Source: Aquipuribacter sp. SD81
GTDB lineage: Bacteria; Actinomycetota; Actinomycetes; Actinomycetales; JBBAYJ01
Length of the DNA stretch: 24,000 bases
NCBI RefSeq assembly: GCF_037153975.1
Contig: NZ_JBBAYJ010000021.1
Location: 815 to 24,814 of the forward strand
Reading direction: 5' to 3'
This document shows positions 1 to 6,313 of the stretch, piece after piece. Every line of letters starts with the position of its first letter. The first letter of the stretch is position 1. The notes under the pieces are model-generated. The model had not been told where the DNA came from, made no database searches, and saw nothing but the letters and a program-made list of their open reading frames with translations. Both the position numbers and the translations under genes were made by a program.

Positions 1-1
1 G

Positions 2-322
2 GCGTCGCTCACCGCGGTCTCGCAGGCGCTCGTCGCGTGGGCCGGCGGCGTGGGGCGCCTCGTCCTCGTCGCGGTGCTCGCGCTCAGCCTGCCCGCGGCG
101 CTGCTCGGCACGGCCCCCGGGCTGCTGCGCACGGTCGTGGCGTGGACGCCGCTCGCGCCCGCGACGGAGGCCCTGCAGCGCACGGCGCTCGGCGCGCCAG
201 GGGCGGCGGGGGCCGTCGTGCTGCTGCTCGTGTGGGGTCTGGCGGCCCTCGCGGCCTCGGTGCTCGCGGTCCGACGCACCCGGGCCGTCGCGGCGCGACG
301 GCTCTTCGGGCTCGCGGCCTGA
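2..322 (+). CDS. 3' end of a membrane protein entering from upstream of the window (permease-like hydrophobic C-terminus); partial
   Basis: This frame is open from the window edge to TGA 320-322 and its codons are GC3-saturated. The translated tail (..RLVLVAVLALSLPAALLG.. and ..AVVLLLVWGLAALAASVLAV..) looks like two TM helices. The family assignment is by general resemblance only. Confidence 0.5.
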   Translation, partial: ASLTAVSQALVAWAGGVGRLVLVAVLALSLPAALLGTAPGLLRTVVAWTPLAPATEALQRTALGAPGAAGAVVLLLVWGLAALAASVLAVRRTRAVAARRLFGLAA

Positions 323-520
323 GGGGCCCGTATACCCACCCGACTGTCCACACAAACCCCGGACGGTCGCCATCACCTCTTGACGTCAAGTATCGTCGTT
401 ACCGTTCCGAAACACAGGACCGGGACACGACGACCCCCCGGCCACCCGGGTGCCCCTGTCCCGGGTGCCGTCACCCCGGTCCCGCACCACGACCTGCCAC
501 CTGCCCCGAAGGATCACCGC

Positions 521-1621
521 GTGCACGTCCGCCTGCCCAGCACCGCCCTGGCCGTCCTCACGGCCGTCGCCGTCGCCCTGGTCCCGGCCACCGCCGCGTC
601 CGCGTCCGTCCAGGACTCGCGCGAGGAGGTCCAGCAGGCGCGCGAGGAGGTCGCGCAGCTCGGCCGTGAGGTCGAGGCGGCCGCCGCGGAGTACGAGGAG
701 GTCGAGGCCCGGCTCGCGGAGCAGGAGGCGCGCGCGGAGTCCGCCGGGGCCCGTGCCGCGGCGCAGGCCCGGACCATCGCCCGCATCGAGGACGAGCTCG
801 TGGTCATGGCCGTCGAGGCCTACAAGCTGGGCGGGGTCGACCCCAAGCTGCAGCTGCTCGCCTCCGGCTCGCTCGACATGGCCCGCTCCACCGACGAGCT
901 CGGCGTGGTCGCCGGCCGCAAGGGCGCCTCGCTCGACACGCTGCGCGAGGCGCAGGTCGAGCTCGAGCGGCTCCGCGCCGAGGAGCAGGCCTCGCTGGCC
1001 GAGGTCGAGGCCCTCGAGGCCGAGCTCGTCGAGCGTCGCGCCGCCATCGAGAAGAAGCTCGACGGGGCCAAGGACGCCCTCGCGGTCGCCGAGCGCGAGC
1101 ATCGGGCGCGCGTGGCCGCCGAGCAGCAGCGCCAGGCCGAGCTCGCCGCCTCCCGGGCGCGTGACGAGCGGGCCGCCGCCGACGCGGAGCTGCAGGCCCA
1201 GCAGGCCGGCGCCGCCACCCTGTCCGACGTGTCCGGGAGCGGTGGCGGCATGGCCATGCCCGCGAGCGGCCCCATCACCTCGCCCTTCGGCTGGCGGACC
1301 CACCCGGTGTACGGCGACCGCCGCTTCCACAAGGGCATCGACGTCGGCGCGTCCTGCGGGACCCCGGTCGTCGCGGCCCGCTCCGGCAGCGTGACGTCCG
1401 CGAGCTGGCACGGCAGCTACGGCAACATCATCGTGGTCGAGCACGGCGACGGGCTCAGCACCGCCTACGCCCACCTGCAGGGCTTCGCCACGGGCGGCGG
1501 CTCGGTCGAGCGGGGCCAGGTCATCGGCTACGTCGGCACCACCGGCCTGTCGACCGGCTGCCACCTGCACTTCGAGGTGCGCCAGGGCGGCGAGCCCGTC
1601 AACCCGATGGGCTACCTCTGA
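521..1621 (+). CDS. Secreted M23/LytM-family peptidoglycan endopeptidase with a long N-terminal coiled-coil domain
   Basis: Frame of ORF 380-1621. The best start is GTG 521, 7 nt after GAAGGA (508-513). VHVRLPSTALAVLTAVAVALVPATAASA/SV reads as a Sec signal peptide. A ~200-aa Ala/Glu/Arg-rich heptad-like region follows. The C-terminus carries M23 metal-ligand motifs HKGID (HxxxD) and HLHFEV (HxH). Confidence 0.88.
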   Translation: MHVRLPSTALAVLTAVAVALVPATAASASVQDSREEVQQAREEVAQLGREVEAAAAEYEEVEARLAEQEARAESAGARAAAQARTIARIEDELVVMAVEAYKLGGVDPKLQLLASGSLDMARSTDELGVVAGRKGASLDTLREAQVELERLRAEEQASLAEVEALEAELVERRAAIEKKLDGAKDALAVAEREHRARVAAEQQRQAELAASRARDERAAADAELQAQQAGAATLSDVSGSGGGMAMPASGPITSPFGWRTHPVYGDRRFHKGIDVGASCGTPVVAARSGSVTSASWHGSYGNIIVVEHGDGLSTAYAHLQGFATGGGSVERGQVIGYVGTTGLSTGCHLHFEVRQGGEPVNPMGYL

Positions 1622-2595
1622 CGGTCGGCCCCGGGGGGTGCCGCTGACGGCGGCGTGACGCCACCGGCGCCACGGACCGCACCCGCCCCGCCCGTGCGTC
1701 CCGCGTCGACGGCGGCGCCGATCTCCACGAGGTGCGCCACGACCGTGCGCACGGCCAGGCGCTCCAGCCGGTCCGGCCGGCACAGCGCCACGATGCTGCG
1801 CGAGGCGTGCACGTCGACGAGGGGTCGGAGCACCACGTCGTCGCCGGGCGCGGTGCTGAAGCGCGGCAGCACGGCCAGCCCCGTGCCGGCCGCGACGAGC
1901 GCGCGGACGAGCTGGTTGTCGCGGATGCGCACCACCCGCTCCAACGGCGCCCCGAGGCGCTGCTCGACCCCGAGCAGGATGGTGTCGAAGGGGTAGCCCG
2001 GCGGCACCCCCACCCAGCGCGTCCCCGCGAGGTCCGACGGCGCGAGCGAGGCCCGGTCCGCCAGCGGGTGGTCGACCGGGAGCGCGACGTCGAGCGGCTC
2101 GTGCGCGAGCACGCGGACGGCCAGGCCGGCCGAGCCCTGCGGCGGACCCGTGGTCGGGCTGTGCCCGATGACGACGTCGGCGTGCACGGTGCGGGCGGCG
2201 ACGTCCGCCTCCGCGAGGTCGTGGTCGTCGAGGTCCAGCACCACGGCGGATCCCCTCAGCCGGTGGACGAGCGCGGGCAGCAGCACCGTGCCGGCGCTCG
2301 GCAGCGTGTCGACGACGACCCGTCCGGCGGGCTCCCCGCGCACGGCCTCCAGCCGTGCGCGCAGCCGCGCCGAGGCGGCGAGGACCTCGTCGGCGCCGTC
2401 GGCGAGCAGCCGGCCCTCGGCGGTCAGCCGCAGGCCCCGTGCGAAGGGCTCGACCAGGGGGACCCCGGCCTCGCGGGTCGCCACCCGCAGCTGCTGCGAC
2501 AGCGCGGAGGGCGTGCGGTGGGTGGCGGCCGCCACCCGGGTGAGCGACCCGAGGGCGGCGAGGTCGCGCAGCAGCTCGAGGTGCCGCAGCTCCAT
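1612..2595 (-). CDS. LysR-family transcriptional regulator
   Basis: ATG at 2595. The N-terminal wHTH is MELRHLELLRDLAALGSLTRVAAATHRTPSALSQQLR, followed by a LysR-type co-inducer domain. The gene is divergent from the EamA gene 48 bp away. TAG 1612-1614 makes it overlap the convergent M23 gene by 10 bp. Confidence 0.88.
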   Translation of the reverse strand: MELRHLELLRDLAALGSLTRVAAATHRTPSALSQQLRVATREAGVPLVEPFARGLRLTAEGRLLADGADEVLAASARLRARLEAVRGEPAGRVVVDTLPSAGTVLLPALVHRLRGSAVVLDLDDHDLAEADVAARTVHADVVIGHSPTTGPPQGSAGLAVRVLAHEPLDVALPVDHPLADRASLAPSDLAGTRWVGVPPGYPFDTILLGVEQRLGAPLERVVRIRDNQLVRALVAAGTGLAVLPRFSTAPGDDVVLRPLVDVHASRSIVALCRPDRLERLAVRTVVAHLVEIGAAVDAGRTGGAGAVRGAGGVTPPSAAPPGADRQR

Positions 2596-2608
2596 GCAGG
2601 AAACCTAC

Positions 2609-2628
2609 ACAGTCGTTCCACGAACTGT
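2609..2628. promoter_or_regulatory. Dyad-symmetric candidate operator in the LysR/EamA divergent intergenic region
   Basis: ACAGT(2609-2613)-N10-ACTGT(2624-2628) encloses GTTC-cac-GAAC (2615-2625). It lies in the only 48 non-coding bp between the two divergent starts. It does not fit a strict T-N11-A spacing. Confidence 0.35.
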
Positions 2629-2643
2629 CGCTTGTCCTGAACG

Positions 2644-3822
2644 GTGCGCCGGTCCGACGCTGGTGCCGTGCCCGCCCGCCACGTCGCCCTCGCCCTCCTC
2701 GTCGCCGCGCTGTGGGGGGTCAACTTCGTGGCCATCCACGCCTCGCTCGAGCAGTTCCCGCCCCTGTTCCTCGTCGCGCTCCGCTTCGCGCTCCTCGCGG
2801 TCCCCACCGTCCTGCTCGTGCCCCGGCCCGACGTGCCGCTGCGGTGGCTGCTGGGCTACGGCCTCGGCTTCGGCACGCTGCAGTTCGTCGGCCTCTACCT
2901 CGGCATGGCCGCGGGCTTCCCGGCCGGCCTCGCCTCCCTCGTGCTGCAGTCCTCGGCCCCCTTCACCGTGCTGCTCGGGGCGGTCCTGCTGCGCGAGCGG
3001 GTGCGGCCGCGGGCGGTGGTCGGCCTCGCCGTCGCGGTCGGCGGCCTCGCGCTCGTCGGGGTGGAGCGGGCCGAGGGCAGCCCGCCGTGGCCGTTCCTGC
3101 TCGTCGTGCTCGGCGGCCTGGGGTGGGCGCTCGGCAACCTGTCGGTCCGCCTCGCGGCGGCCCCCCGGCCGCTGCACCTCACGCTGTGGATGGCCGTGGT
3201 CCCGCCGCTGCCCACCCTCGCGCTCTCGCTCGTCGTGGAGGGGCCGGACCGGATCGCGGCGTCCCTCCTCGGCGGCGACGCGGTGGCCGCGTGGGCCTGG
3301 GCCGGGCTCGGCTACACCGTCCTGCTCGGCACGGTCGTGGGCTCGGGGGTGTGGGTGTGGCTCATGGCGCGCCACCCAGCGGGGGTCGTCGCACCGTTCT
3401 CGCTGCTCGTGCCCGTGGTCGGGGCGAGCGCGGCGTGGCTCGTGCTCGGCGAGCGGCCCGCGCCGCTGGAGGTCGTCGGCGGCGCGCTGGTCGTGGGCGG
3501 CGTGCTGTGGGCCGGGCTGCGTCGCACGACACCTCCGACGCCGACGCCGACGACGCCGACGCCGACGCCGACGCCGACGACGCCGACGCCGACGCCGACG
3601 CCGACGACGCCGACGCCGACGCCGACGCCGACGACGCCGACGCCGACGCCGACGCCGACGACGCCGACGCCGACGCCGACGCCGACGACGCCGACGCCGA
3701 CGCCGACGACGCCGACGCCGACGCCGATGACGCCGACGTCACCCCCGACGTCCCCTCCGAGGGGCCACCCGACCCCGGCGACGGCCGGAGCGGGTGAGGT
3801 GGCGGTACCGCCGAGCCGGTGA
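2644..3822 (+). CDS. EamA/DMT-superfamily permease with a C-terminal (TP)n low-complexity tail
   Basis: GTG 2644 (alternative GTG 2668). About 10 hydrophobic helices show the two-EamA-repeat look (..ALLVAALWGVNFVAI.., ..GLGWALGNLSVR.., ..LMARHPAGVVAPFSLLVPVVGA..). Divergent pairing with a LysR gene is typical for this family. The tail is TTPTPTPTP repeated, ending at TGA 3820-3822. Confidence 0.85.
   Translation: MRRSDAGAVPARHVALALLVAALWGVNFVAIHASLEQFPPLFLVALRFALLAVPTVLLVPRPDVPLRWLLGYGLGFGTLQFVGLYLGMAAGFPAGLASLVLQSSAPFTVLLGAVLLRERVRPRAVVGLAVAVGGLALVGVERAEGSPPWPFLLVVLGGLGWALGNLSVRLAAAPRPLHLTLWMAVVPPLPTLALSLVVEGPDRIAASLLGGDAVAAWAWAGLGYTVLLGTVVGSGVWVWLMARHPAGVVAPFSLLVPVVGASAAWLVLGERPAPLEVVGGALVVGGVLWAGLRRTTPPTPTPTTPTPTPTPTTPTPTPTPTTPTPTPTPTTPTPTPTPTTPTPTPTPTTPTPTPTTPTPTPMTPTSPPTSPPRGHPTPATAGAGEVAVPPSR
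3535..3737 (+). repeat. In-frame tandem repeat: ACGCCG hexamers punctuated by ACG, with a 27-bp super-unit
   Basis: ACGACGCCGACGCCGACGCCGACGCCG (=TTPTPTPTP) occurs five times in perfect tandem, flanked by shorter 21-24-bp variants. The other two frames read poly-Arg and (DA)nD, which explains the shadow ORFs 2150-3730 and 2712-3797. Confidence 0.95.
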
Positions 3823-3885
3823 CGACCGCGCCCGGAATGGTCGCTGACGTGTGCGACCGGGGTGTTTGGGGCAGGGTGTCCTCCG

Positions 3886-3916
3886 GCGCCGTCGGTCCCA
3901 CCCCGCCCGACGGCGC
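3886..3916 (+). terminator. Hairpin downstream of the EamA gene (candidate intrinsic terminator)
   Basis: GCGCCGTCGG (3886-3895) and CCGACGGCGC (3907-3916) form a perfect 10-bp stem with an 11-nt loop. There is no U-tract, which is common in high-GC actinobacteria. Confidence 0.4.
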
Positions 3917-3987
3917 GAGCCGCCGCCCCTCACGCAGACTGGAGCAGGACGCATGACCTCGCCGAGGCCCGCGACGCCGGGGCGCCC

Positions 3988-4410
3988 GTGAACGACACCC
4001 GGGAGCTCGTGCTGCCCCCGAAGGCGACCTCGCCGCGTGAGGCGAGGCGCTGGGTGGCGGGCCTGCTCGACGGCTGGGGCCTGGAGCCGCTCGTGGAGCA
4101 GGTGGAGCTGCTCACCACCGAGGTGGTCACCAACGCGCTGCTGCACGCCGGCACCACGATGCAGGTCCGGGTGGGGCGCGAGGGCGAGGGGGTGCGGGTC
4201 GAGGTCGAGGACGGCTCGCAGGTCATGCCGCTGCGACGGCACTACAGCCCGACCGCCTCCACCGGTCGCGGCATGACCCTGCTGTCGAGCCTGGCCGACG
4301 ACTTCGGCTGGCACGGCTCGGAGCGGGGAAAGGTGACGTGGTTTGTTGTCACCACGGTCCGCAGCGCCTGGGACACCTTCGAGCTCGACGACGTCATGGG
4401 CGGTCCGTGA
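3988..4410 (+). CDS. Anti-sigma-factor-type serine kinase-like ATPase (GHKL/HATPase_c, RsbW/SpoIIAB-like)
   Basis: GTG 3988 was chosen because the hairpin at 3886-3916 lies inside the longer ORF from 3862. The N-box is EVVTNALLHAG. A DxG-like motif (VEDGS) and a G2-like motif (TGRGMTLLSSLADDFG) are present. At ~140 aa the size is typical of stand-alone anti-sigma kinases. Confidence 0.7.
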   Translation: MNDTRELVLPPKATSPREARRWVAGLLDGWGLEPLVEQVELLTTEVVTNALLHAGTTMQVRVGREGEGVRVEVEDGSQVMPLRRHYSPTASTGRGMTLLSSLADDFGWHGSERGKVTWFVVTTVRSAWDTFELDDVMGGP

Positions 4411-4435
4411 CCGCCGTGCGCGTGGGCGCGTCGTG

Positions 4436-4963
4436 ATGGGTGAGGAGGAGCGCTCGCCCGACGACGGCACGCCGCTGGGGCGCTACGTGCCCGACGGGGA
4501 CGGGAGCCCGCCGGTGCGCGTCGTGCTGCGCGACCTGCCGGTGGCCCTCGCGATGGCCAGCCGCGAGCACCACGACGACCTGCTGCGCGAGTACCGCCTG
4601 CTCGCGCTGTCCGGCGAGATCGACGCCGCGCACGCCCCGGCACGCCTCGTCGAGCTCGTCGAGGTGCTGGGCGGCCGCTACGCGCAGGCGCACGGTCGTC
4701 GTGACGAGGAGCTCGAGGCCGCGCACGCGGCGGGCCGGTCGGTCATCGACCAGGTGTCGGAGGTCCCGGCCGGTTCGCTCGAGGCCGTCCGCGGCCTGCG
4801 GGCGCTCATGGAGGAGTCGGACCGCTACTGCGAGGAGGCCCGGCTGCTCACGGTGCCGCGCCCGCCGCTGCTCCGCCGCTTCGGCGAGTGGTTCCTCGGC
4901 GAGTACGAGCGACAGCTGCAGGGCCACCCGCCCACGCCGTGGGACGGTCCCCTGCAGGTCTGA
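4436..4963 (+). CDS. Hypothetical protein (175 aa, acidic/helical), probable operon partner of the upstream ATPase
   Basis: ATG 4436 (or GTG 4433) lies about 22-25 nt after the ATPase stop. Codons are GC3-saturated. I recognise no STAS or other known domain. Conserved-looking blocks are DLPVALAMASREHHDDLLREY and LLTVPRPPLLRRFGEWFLGEYERQL. Confidence 0.6.
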   Translation: MGEEERSPDDGTPLGRYVPDGDGSPPVRVVLRDLPVALAMASREHHDDLLREYRLLALSGEIDAAHAPARLVELVEVLGGRYAQAHGRRDEELEAAHAAGRSVIDQVSEVPAGSLEAVRGLRALMEESDRYCEEARLLTVPRPPLLRRFGEWFLGEYERQLQGHPPTPWDGPLQV

Positions 4964-4972
4964 GCGGCTCCC

Positions 4973-6190
4973 TCAGTGACGCGTGCCGCCCGCGTACGGC
5001 ATGTACGACATCGACTGGATCTTGACGACGTCACCCGACGACGGCGCGGCCACGAGCTCGCCGCCGCCGATGTAGATGCCGACGTGGCTGATGGGGGAGT
5101 AGAAGTACACGAGGTCGCCCGGACGCAGCTCGCCGCGCGACACCTTCCGGCCCGCGGAGTACTGCATGCGCGAGGAGTGCGGCAGCGAGACGCCGACCTG
5201 CGCCCACGCCCGCGAGGTGAGACCGCTGCAGTCGTAGGCGTTCGGGCCGCCCGCGCCCCACAGGTACGGCTTGCCCATCTGCGAGCACGCGAAGGAGATG
5301 ACGGTCGCGGTGCGCGCGTCGGGGGCCTGCACCGAGCGGCCGCCGCAGCTGACAGTCGTCCCGCTCACCGGGGCCGCCGCGGCCGCGCCGGAGTCCCCGG
5401 ACCCGCCCGAGTCGTTCGACCCGCCCGAGGCGTCGGACCCGCCGGACCCGCTCGACCCGCCGGAGTCGCTCGAGCCGCCGGCAGCGTCCGACGCGCCGGA
5501 CGCCGCAGCGACGGACGCCGCCTCGGCGTCGGCCGCGCGGGCCCGGCTCGCGGCCTCCTGCGCCGCGCGGCGCTCGGCGGCGGCGCGGATGGCCTCCTGC
5601 CGGCGGCGCTCCCGCTCGGCGGCGGCCTCCTGGGCGGCGCGCAGGTCGTCCTCCGCGGCCGCGAGCTGCCCCTCGATGCGCTCCTTCTTCTCACCGAGGT
5701 CGCGCTCGGTCCGCTCCACGGCCGCGAGCGCGGCCTCCTCGTCGCGTCGCAGGCCCTGCAGCTCGACCTGCGCCTCGCGGAGCCCCGACAGCGAGACCGA
5801 TCGGCGCTCGCCCAGCAGCGCGAGGGTGCTGGAGGAGTGGACCCACTCCGCGCCGCCGCGCAGCAGCACCGCGAGCTGCGGGTCGACGCCCCCGCGCTTG
5901 AACGCCTCGACCGCCAGCCCGGTCAGCTCGCCCTGCATGTCCTCGATGCGGACCTGCTGGTCGGCGACCTGGGCCCCGACGGCCTCGGCCCGCTCCCGCT
6001 GGGACCGCGCCTCCTCGCGCAGCTCGTTGTAGTCCTCGGTGAGCGCCGCGACCTCACGGCCCAGCTCCTCGACGCGGTCCTCGGCCTGCTCGACGTCCGA
6101 GGCCGTGGCCGGCGCGGCGACCAGACCGAGGCAGAGGGCGGCGGCGGCCAGGGCGGCGGCGAGCGGCAGCGGGGCGAGGCGCACGGGCAT
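4973..6190 (-). CDS. Secreted NlpC/P60-family peptidoglycan hydrolase with N-terminal coiled-coil domain (RipA/RipC/PcsB-like architecture)
   Basis: ATG 6190 is preceded by GACAGGACC. The signal peptide is MPVRLAPLPLAAALAAAALCLGLVAAPATA/SD. A coiled-coil region and a Ser/Gly/Asp linker follow. The C-terminal NlpC/P60 core has Cys in AYDCSGLTSRAW and His in ISHVGIYIGGG. Confidence 0.9.
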   Translation of the reverse strand: MPVRLAPLPLAAALAAAALCLGLVAAPATASDVEQAEDRVEELGREVAALTEDYNELREEARSQRERAEAVGAQVADQQVRIEDMQGELTGLAVEAFKRGGVDPQLAVLLRGGAEWVHSSSTLALLGERRSVSLSGLREAQVELQGLRRDEEAALAAVERTERDLGEKKERIEGQLAAAEDDLRAAQEAAAERERRRQEAIRAAAERRAAQEAASRARAADAEAASVAAASGASDAAGGSSDSGGSSGSGGSDASGGSNDSGGSGDSGAAAAAPVSGTTVSCGGRSVQAPDARTATVISFACSQMGKPYLWGAGGPNAYDCSGLTSRAWAQVGVSLPHSSRMQYSAGRKVSRGELRPGDLVYFYSPISHVGIYIGGGELVAAPSSGDVVKIQSMSYMPYAGGTRH

Positions 6191-6276
6191 GGTCCTGTCG
6201 GTCGGCAGCAGTCGAGGGGGCGACCCGGCGACGACGGCGCGGGCTCCGAGGGGGTCGTCAGAAGGTAACAGAACGG

Positions 6277-6293
6277 TCTCGCGGGAGGCGAGA
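6277..6293 (-). terminator. Small hairpin after the flavoprotein gene (weak terminator candidate)
   Basis: TCTCGC (6277-6282) and GCGAGA (6288-6293) form a 6-bp stem with a 5-nt loop, 21 nt downstream (minus sense) of the stop at 6314-6316. Confidence 0.25.
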
Positions 6294-6313
6294 AGCGTCG
6301 CGTCGCGGCTCGC

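Noticed and set aside
323-520. c-di-AMP (ydaO-type) riboswitch upstream of the M23 gene, and likewise at 6191-6313 upstream of the P60 gene
   Set aside because: Actinobacterial cell-wall hydrolase genes often carry this riboswitch. I could not find its conserved cores in either leader (GGGGACCCA, GGGUGAAUC, CCGAACCCGUCAGCUAACCUCGUAAG-like strings). A covariance-model scan would settle it.
380-520. TTG 380 as the M23 start, adding 47 residues
   Set aside because: It would bury a textbook signal peptide 47 aa inside the protein. GTG 521 has a GAAGGA SD at ideal spacing.
2150-3730. 526-aa ORF ending in a run of about 65 arginines, and the (DA)n ORF at 2712-3797
   Set aside because: These are the two alternative frames of the ACGCCG microsatellite and of the EamA gene. 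The EamA frame is the only one with transporter helices and correct codon bias.
3535-3737. Possible CRISPR array, because of the regular short repeats
   Set aside because: The repeats are contiguous 6/27-bp units with no unique spacers, they lie inside a CDS, and there are no cas genes. This is a microsatellite.
3834-3866. GGAAT at 3834-3838 as a second SigH-type promoter, upstream of the ATPase pair
   Set aside because: The nearest GTT is 25 nt downstream of the GGAAT, not the 17-19 nt required.
3862-3987. Longer version of the ATPase gene starting at GTG 3862
   Set aside because: The extension is Pro/Ala-rich with no homology-like features. It contains the 10-bp-stem hairpin at 3886-3916, which looks like the EamA terminator. 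Stand-alone kinases of this type begin close to the ..LVLP....S...AR.. segment.
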